Positions 58,701 to 64,000 of a stretch of DNA of 64,000 nt are shown here, piece by piece. Below the pieces are notes generated by a model, which was not told where the DNA came from, did no database searches, and saw nothing but the letters and a program-made list of their open reading frames with translations. The translations under genes were made by a program, and so were the position numbers. The number at the start of each line of letters is the position of its first letter. Position 1 is the first letter of the stretch. This DNA comes from a virus: the IMG/VR virus record IMGVR_UViG_3300020383_000006, positions 1 to 64,000 of that record; one strand, 5' to 3'.

Positions 58701-58776
58701 GCATGGTTGGCTGAGCGTTTTAGGCGTCGGATTGCAAATCCGAATTACGGGGGTTAGAATCCCTCACCATGTTCCA
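58701..58776 (+). tRNA. tRNA-Cys(GCA)
   Basis: TCGGA-TTGCAAA-TCCGA, U73, CCA. Confidence 0.92.
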
Positions 58777-58787
58777 ACTAATTAAGG

Positions 58788-59075
58788 TTGTTTGTTATGA
58801 GTGAATTTAAAGTTGAAGAAATGGTTTGTGGTTGTGGTCGGCAAGGTAGATATATTGACCCGTCCAATGGAAAGTCTTCTTGTAATAAAAATAAACGTTG
58901 CCCAACGTACGAGCAACTAGAAAAAACAAACAAGGAACTGTACCATGACATCCTTATGTTGTTGGAAGCTTCAAATGATGTAACAACATTCAGAGAATCT
59001 ACTAAACCTTACAACAAAGCTAATTTTGTGATTGAAGAATTAACTTCAAAATATGATTTTAATAAAAGGTTTTAA
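58788..59075 (+). CDS. Cys-rich hypothetical protein
   Basis: CGCG...C....CP. Confidence 0.55.
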   Translation: MFVMSEFKVEEMVCGCGRQGRYIDPSNGKSSCNKNKRCPTYEQLEKTNKELYHDILMLLEASNDVTTFRESTKPYNKANFVIEELTSKYDFNKRF

Positions 59076-59076
59076 T

Positions 59077-59152
59077 GGGGACTTAGCTCAGCAGGTAGAG
59101 CACTAGATTGAAGATCTGGGTGTCACTGGTTCAATTCCAGTAGTCCTCACCA
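59077..59152 (+). tRNA. tRNA-Phe(GAA)
   Basis: CTAGA-TTGAAGA-TCTGG, ACCA. Confidence 0.93.
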
Positions 59153-59158
59153 AATAAT

Positions 59159-59242
59159 GCGGGTATGATGGAATGGAAGACATAGGAGACTTAAAATTTC
59201 TGGGCGAAAGCCGTGTGGGTTCGAATCCCACTACCCGTACCA
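59159..59242 (+). tRNA. tRNA-Leu(TAA)
   Basis: GGAGA-CTTAAAA-TTTCT, long variable arm, ACCA. Confidence 0.93.
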
Positions 59243-59258
59243 TTTAGAGGTTTATATT

Positions 59259-59462
59259 ATGATTAAACATTTTGAAAGTAAAACAAGCCATCATAATGAC
59301 TTTACTTACCCTGAAATCGGTAGTAAAGTAATTCACAAAGTTTACGGTAAAGTTCAAATTTTGTCAGTAGATAAACAAGAACTTGAAGCTACTGTTAGAC
59401 AAATTGATGGCGACCCAACGCTATTTTTTAGAATTGGGTTGGAAGATTTAGAAAGTTTTTAA
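59259..59462 (+). CDS. Small beta-rich hypothetical protein
   Basis: IGSKVIHKVYG; SD GAGG. Confidence 0.55.
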   Translation: MIKHFESKTSHHNDFTYPEIGSKVIHKVYGKVQILSVDKQELEATVRQIDGDPTLFFRIGLEDLESF

Positions 59463-59463
59463 T

Positions 59464-59546
59464 ACTGACGTAGTCGTGCTAAGCTACGAACTTAGTAAGC
59501 GTAAATGGATCTGAAAATGTAGGTTCGAATCCTACCGTCAGTGCCA
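59464..59546 (+). tRNA. D-armless tRNA-Arg(ACG)-like RNA
   Basis: Perfect acceptor ACTGACG/CGTCAGT-GCCA, GCTAAG-CTACGAA-CTTAGT, canonical T-arm. Confidence 0.75.
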
Positions 59547-59564
59547 CATTTTAAGGTATTATTC

Positions 59565-60005
59565 ATGTTTCGTAAAATTATTGATAAAGTATTTGCTAAA
59601 TTAGGTTATGTTAGAAATAGAAAACTTAGTGCCAAATTTTCTTTAGAGTCGGAAGAAGATCTTAAAAACCTACATAATATTGGTTGTGAATCCGAATTAG
59701 TTAATGCTATTTCTGAAGAAATTAAGGGTGACCAAACAATTTTAATGAGCCGTGATAACCCTTATGGTTGGAAACTTGAAGAACTATTAGAAAAGGTAAG
59801 AAATGAACTTATCAAGAAAAATAGACTTTTGGAAGGTGATACTTGTAAAGTTTCTGACCGTATAGTTAGAAATAACGATTTCATCATTTCTAACCTAAAA
59901 GAATGTGTTATCATCCAAAAAGAAACGATGGAAGTTTTAGATACTTTAGGTGAAAACCAAGGTCCTCTGGGTAAACCAAGAGTAGGTAATAGAAATGAAA
60001 AATAA
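59565..60005 (+). CDS. Hypothetical protein
   Basis: ORF; ATG start after the tRNA. Confidence 0.6.
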   Translation: MFRKIIDKVFAKLGYVRNRKLSAKFSLESEEDLKNLHNIGCESELVNAISEEIKGDQTILMSRDNPYGWKLEELLEKVRNELIKKNRLLEGDTCKVSDRIVRNNDFIISNLKECVIIQKETMEVLDTLGENQGPLGKPRVGNRNEK

Positions 60006-60132
60006 AGAACTTTCAGATAAACAAAAACGCCTTTTAAAAGAAGGTTATGAAAAATTGGGTTTAATATCCAAGTTACTTGATAAAGCATTCTTTAATGCTA
60101 TGTTGAAATCTTAACTTTAGGATTTTTATATT

Positions 60133-60486
60133 ATGGAATTAGTGAAACAAGACTTTTTTAAAATAGATGAAAACGGTAATGAACATGAACTAACTTATTA
60201 TTTTGGTTTAAAGCAGTGGCAAAGTATTATGGATAAAAATAATATGTACCAAGTTATGCTCTTTGCTGAATATATCTATGATAATACCGTTGAACGGTTT
60301 ACAAAAAATAGGTTCATTGGTTGTGGTTTAGCGAATGAAGTTATTAAGTTAACAGGCGTTAAAATTTTTAACTATGGTTCTGTTAAGTTAGCTTTATCTA
60401 AGTTACTCCTTCAAGAAGAAGATTCTTTTGTAGGAGAAATCCATTTTCAACTTTCAGAAATAATGAAAATGAATAACAATAAATAA
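60133..60486 (+). CDS. Hypothetical protein
   Basis: ORF with SD. Confidence 0.55.
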   Translation: MELVKQDFFKIDENGNEHELTYYFGLKQWQSIMDKNNMYQVMLFAEYIYDNTVERFTKNRFIGCGLANEVIKLTGVKIFNYGSVKLALSKLLLQEEDSFVGEIHFQLSEIMKMNNNK

Positions 60487-60515
60487 TTGTAACTTCACGA
60501 TATAAAGGTTAGAAA

Positions 60516-60896
60516 ATGAAAACATTTAAAGAATTTTTGGTTGAGGGTTCTACTTGGGATTCAATATCTTCAGAACTTAGAAAACATAAAGTTTTTAAAA
60601 ACGGTATGTTGAGGACACCAAGAACTGATGGGACGTATGGTGTTTTTTACTATCATAAAAAATCAGGACTTTATGGTTTGGTTATTGATGCGGATGATAA
60701 AGGCTTTTACTACACTATTTCTAGTGGCAAGTATTATTTACCATACGCTGCTGAATTAGTTTCTTCCAAAGAATTATATATATTTAAAACGAGAAACGCT
60801 CCAAAACACGCTGAAAAATACATTTTAGAAAAAATCGGTGGTGAGAACCCAACTTTGAATAGTGATACTGTGTTAGAAAATTCATTTAAAGAATAA
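60516..60896 (+). CDS. Putative internal head protein
   Basis: MKTFKEFLVE; ATAAATA upstream (~60479-60485). Confidence 0.65.
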   Translation: MKTFKEFLVEGSTWDSISSELRKHKVFKNGMLRTPRTDGTYGVFYYHKKSGLYGLVIDADDKGFYYTISSGKYYLPYAAELVSSKELYIFKTRNAPKHAEKYILEKIGGENPTLNSDTVLENSFKE

Positions 60897-60906
60897 TAAT
60901 TTCTAT

Positions 60907-60991
60907 ACCTCAGTGGCGGAATTGGTAGACGCGCTAGATTTAGGTTCTAGTCCCGAAAGGGGTGGGAGTTCGATTCTCCCCTGAGGTACCA
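60907..60991 (+). tRNA. tRNA-Leu(TAG)
   Basis: CTAGA-TTTAGGT-TCTAG, variable arm, ACCA. Confidence 0.95.
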
Positions 60992-61013
60992 AATTGAATA
61001 GGCGGATAAGAAA

Positions 61014-61562
61014 ATGAGGGTTTTAAAATTAGACAAGGCAGGTACTCCAGAAAAATGGATATCTAGAGAAGATGCGGCTGTTGCGTATGCTAAAGACCAA
61101 GTCCTTTGGGAACTTGGTAATTCTGAAGCTATGTTCGGCGGTATGAATAGAAACCTTGGAATTCAAAGCCACATTGATATCGCGCCTATTATTGCATGCG
61201 ATTCACTAAGTAAATTAAGAGATAAAACAACATTTAGACTTTCTAATGCCGCTTTATTCAAAAGAGACAATTTCCAATGTATGTACTGTGGAAGGCATTT
61301 TAATAGAGGTAATTTGACTCGAGACCATATAACTCCAAGAGTACAAGGTGGTCCGGATATTTGGGAAAACGTTATTACTGCTTGTGTGCGTTGTAATACA
61401 CATAAAGGTGGTAGAACGCCTGAAGAAGCTAATATGGAATTATTAGCTATTCCTTTTGCACCGAACTTATTTGAATTTATGTACCTTAAAAGTCATAAAA
61501 TATTAGCGGATCAAATGGAATTTCTATCTAGTAAATTTAGTGGTCAGAGGGTTTGGCAGTGA
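61014..61562 (+). CDS. HNH endonuclease (McrA-like)
   Basis: RDNFQCMYCG, TRDHITP...GG...WEN.ITAC.RCN.HKG. Confidence 0.9.
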   Translation: MRVLKLDKAGTPEKWISREDAAVAYAKDQVLWELGNSEAMFGGMNRNLGIQSHIDIAPIIACDSLSKLRDKTTFRLSNAALFKRDNFQCMYCGRHFNRGNLTRDHITPRVQGGPDIWENVITACVRCNTHKGGRTPEEANMELLAIPFAPNLFEFMYLKSHKILADQMEFLSSKFSGQRVWQ

Positions 61563-61930
61563 AAAGGGTTAGTTTAGAACTTTTTATTCCAGAAAATTCT
61601 AAAGAAAAAGTTATATACAGGACAATGGAAGAAACTGAGTACCCTGAGTTGGGTATTGTGGTTCCAAAAGGGTTTTACACTGATGGAGCTTCAGTACCTA
61701 AATTATTCAGGGGAATATTTCCTGATATACACCAATATTTCCCTGCTACTTTATTGCATGATTACCTGATATTTGAGCGCAGAAAGGTCGGTAAAATGAC
61801 TTCAAAAATCAGGAAAGAAATTGATAAAAAGTTTTACAACCAACTTTTAAAAATTGGTGTTTCTAAAACCCGATCTAAAATAATGTATTTGGGTGTTAGA
61901 ATATACGCTTTTTTCAATTATAGAAAATAA
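61553..61930 (+). CDS. DUF1353-like protein
   Basis: VPKGFYTDGASVP, ATLLHDYL, MYLGVR. Confidence 0.8.
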   Translation: MAVKRVSLELFIPENSKEKVIYRTMEETEYPELGIVVPKGFYTDGASVPKLFRGIFPDIHQYFPATLLHDYLIFERRKVGKMTSKIRKEIDKKFYNQLLKIGVSKTRSKIMYLGVRIYAFFNYRK

Positions 61931-61934
61931 TTTT

Positions 61935-62011
61935 AGTCCCTTAGCTCAGTTGGTTAGAGCGCAGTCCTTACAAGACTGATGTCTTCCGTTCGAATCGGAA
62001 AGGGACTACCA
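61935..62011 (+). tRNA. tRNA-Val(TAC)
   Basis: CAGTC-CTTACAA-GACTG, ACCA. Confidence 0.95.
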
Positions 62012-62107
62012 ATTTGTGGTAAAGGCTGGTAATACCGCCAGTTCATCCACAGCAGCCGTTCTTAGGACGCTAGGAACCGCTCCACAGCGAAAAGTGGCGT
62101 AAAGACC

Positions 62108-62136
62108 TTTACTTTTATTCAATAAAGTAGTAAGAT
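62108..62136 (+). promoter_or_regulatory. T4-type early promoter
   Basis: TTTACT-N17-TAAGAT. Confidence 0.7.
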
Positions 62137-62169
62137 ACTTTTATTGTTTTTAGTAGAGGTCTTTTTGTT

Positions 62170-62673
62170 ATGAGAGTATTATTTTTGCACGGTTATGGGT
62201 CAAGTTCAGAAACTGACAAGTTTAAGGCAATCACTTCTAATAAAGTTACCCATAAGTTTTGTCCTTATATTGAGTACAACAAAACCGATTTCCTTTCTTT
62301 GTTTACGAAATTATCCCATATTGTTGAAAAATTCAGACCTGATTTAATTATTGGTCATTCTCTAGGTGGGTATTGGGCTAAAGTGATGAGCAACGCTTAT
62401 CATATTCCATGTATTCTATTGAACCCACAGTTATTTCCAAAGAAAAAGTATGGGTTTCCTAATTTGGATAAATCTGATTTTGAAACTGGGGTTTGGACTT
62501 ATAGTTACCTTGAATCAGGCGACGACATTATTGATTATGAAAAAACTAAATTAATATTAGAAAATTATACTGACTTAGAAATCTACGAAGGCGGTCACCA
62601 TAGAATTAAAAACCTAGATTCAATAAATAGTATTATTGAAAAACATTCTAGAATAGACGGGATTTATGATTAA
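62170..62673 (+). CDS. YqiA/YcfP-like alpha/beta hydrolase
   Basis: FLHGYGSS, GHSLGG nucleophile elbow, LLNP, GGHH. Confidence 0.85.
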   Translation: MRVLFLHGYGSSSETDKFKAITSNKVTHKFCPYIEYNKTDFLSLFTKLSHIVEKFRPDLIIGHSLGGYWAKVMSNAYHIPCILLNPQLFPKKKYGFPNLDKSDFETGVWTYSYLESGDDIIDYEKTKLILENYTDLEIYEGGHHRIKNLDSINSIIEKHSRIDGIYD

Positions 62674-63259
62674 ATTTCAAGACTTCATCAACGAAAGATT
62701 TGTTAACCTTTTTGGTGATGTAGAAGGAAAAGAAAAATACGTTGACCAAGTTTGGGATATGTTACAATCATCTTATAAACGTTCAGGCGGTATTAAAGGC
62801 TCTGGTTTCGGTTCTAAGCAAGAAATGATAGACAAGCTACCGTTATGGAAGCTAGTCCGTAAAGACGGCAAGATTGTTGCTGGTGGACTCTATAAAGACA
62901 AACGGGGTCGTAAGCGCGTAGCTTCATTTACTGATGGAACTGAACAAGGCAAAAAATGGTTAGGTAAAGTCGTAGAAGAAGATTTTGAACGTGCTTTCTT
63001 TGAAATGTCTAAAGCGGCATTTGGTTCAGCCGTTAAAAATTTGGGTATTGACTTCATGAAGCGTTGGGCTAAAACGCCACAAGAAGTAGAAAAAATTCTT
63101 AAAGGAAAGGAAATAGTTTATCCAGTACCGGAAAATGACCCGCATGTTATAAAAGTCCCAGAATTGAAGGAATTTTATTACCAACGTGAACTAGGTGGGA
63201 AATTAGAAACCAAAATTATGTTGGGTACAACTGGGAATAAAATAGTTGTAGAACAGTAA
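62666..63259 (+). CDS. Hypothetical protein with capsid-targeting-like N-terminus
   Basis: MIKFQDFINE. Confidence 0.6.
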   Translation: MIKFQDFINERFVNLFGDVEGKEKYVDQVWDMLQSSYKRSGGIKGSGFGSKQEMIDKLPLWKLVRKDGKIVAGGLYKDKRGRKRVASFTDGTEQGKKWLGKVVEEDFERAFFEMSKAAFGSAVKNLGIDFMKRWAKTPQEVEKILKGKEIVYPVPENDPHVIKVPELKEFYYQRELGGKLETKIMLGTTGNKIVVEQ

Positions 63260-63262
63260 ATT

Positions 63263-63339
63263 GGAGATGTAGCTCAGTCGGTCAGAGCACGAAACTCATA
63301 ATTTCGGGGTCGGTGGTTCAATTCCACTCATCTCCACCA
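63263..63339 (+). tRNA. tRNA-Met(CAT), probably elongator
   Basis: CGAAA-CTCATAA-TTTCG, ACCA. Confidence 0.9.
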
Positions 63340-63363
63340 ATTTAAGATATAAATATAGTTTAT

Positions 63364-63449
63364 AAGGGTGCTGATATTGGTGTGTCGAGCGGTCTCCAAA
63401 ACCGTGATCTTAACCGATCTTGGGGGTTCGAATCCCTCCACCTTTGCCA
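63364..63449 (+). tRNA. tRNA-Trp(CCA) with long variable arm
   Basis: GCGGT-CTCCAAA-ACCGT, G73, CCA. Confidence 0.85.
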
Positions 63450-63597
63450 ATTTTAAATAGAAGAGGTTTTTATGAAAAAGAATACATTTGTTGGTGGCGG
63501 CAATTACAACGAAAAATCATCGATTGGTTTTGATGAATACTGTAGCCGAGTTAAAGGTATGATTGATGGTGGTTTTACTGGCGCTTAATAAAATCAC

Positions 63598-63626
63598 TTT
63601 ACTTTTAAAAACAATAAGCCTATAAT
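63598..63626 (+). promoter_or_regulatory. T4-type early promoter
   Basis: TTTACT-N17-TATAAT. Confidence 0.8.
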
Positions 63627-63660
63627 GACCTCATACTAATTTGTTATGAGGTCTTTTGTT

Positions 63661-63864
63661 ATGTTAAACCCTTTCTCTTCAATTATTCTAATAATTATTG
63701 GTTTAATCATGATTGCTTTAGGCATGATTTATAGTGAACCAACACCTACTGTCAAAATTTCTCACTCTTCTGGTGAATGTGTCGAAGTTATCAATTATAC
63801 TAAAGAAACTCGATTTAGTTGTGATAATCTGCCGGAAAAATATGACCACGTTTGGGTCAAGTAA
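63661..63864 (+). CDS. Small membrane-anchored hypothetical protein
   Basis: N-terminal TM; SD GAGG. Confidence 0.6.
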   Translation: MLNPFSSIILIIIGLIMIALGMIYSEPTPTVKISHSSGECVEVINYTKETRFSCDNLPEKYDHVWVK

Positions 63865-64000
63865 TAATGGCTTCCTACCGTATAAAATGTTATTGTGGTT
63901 TTGATAAAGAAGTATCAGAAAGGGATTGTTTATTTGATTCCTTAAAAGAAACTCTTACTTGCCCACAATGCATGTACCGTCTTTCAAAATCAGTAGTCAA

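Noticed and set aside
1-64000. CRISPR array, stop-codon reassignment or suppressor tRNA
   Set aside because: No regularly spaced repeats; core genes are intact in the standard code; no CTA/TTA/TCA anticodons

Overview
This window is a 64-kb segment of an AT-rich, T4-superfamily myovirus. The class Ia NrdA/NrdB and tRNA types suggest a gammaproteobacterial host (inference). From left to right it holds: a cluster of small early genes; topoisomerase II (fused gp39+60, gp52); primase; a T5 A1-like protein; RuvC; glutaredoxin; baseplate-hub genes (gp29/51/26/54) and gp2; nucleotide metabolism (5'-nucleotidase, ThyX, dNMP kinase, NrdAB); ligase; gp32/59/33; spanins; a DenV-like glycosylase; a glycosyltransferase cluster; a PIF1 helicase; regA-62-44-45-46-47-55; uvsW, gp3, uvsY; rIIA/rIIB; and a 23-tRNA array with RtcB, plus 2 tRNAs on the minus strand. 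Together the 25 tRNAs cover all 20 amino acids. The most interesting signals are unannotated RNA-level features that may form a translation-rescue system. (1) An unlisted 45-codon leader ORF using 19 of 20 amino acids is coupled to mutually exclusive antiterminator/terminator hairpins and a boxA in front of the tRNA+RtcB operon, which looks like a tRNA-starvation-sensing attenuator. (2) A ~645-nt promoter-driven RNA carries a tmRNA-type tag frame (ANDSHFNMAAVA**), helix 5 and pseudoknots but no tRNA-like domain, while a tRNA-Ala resembling that missing domain sits 21 kb away. (3) There are several other structured RNAs and aberrant tRNAs. About ten small proteins carry T4-type capsid-targeting N-termini. 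All calls were made by eye, without database searches.
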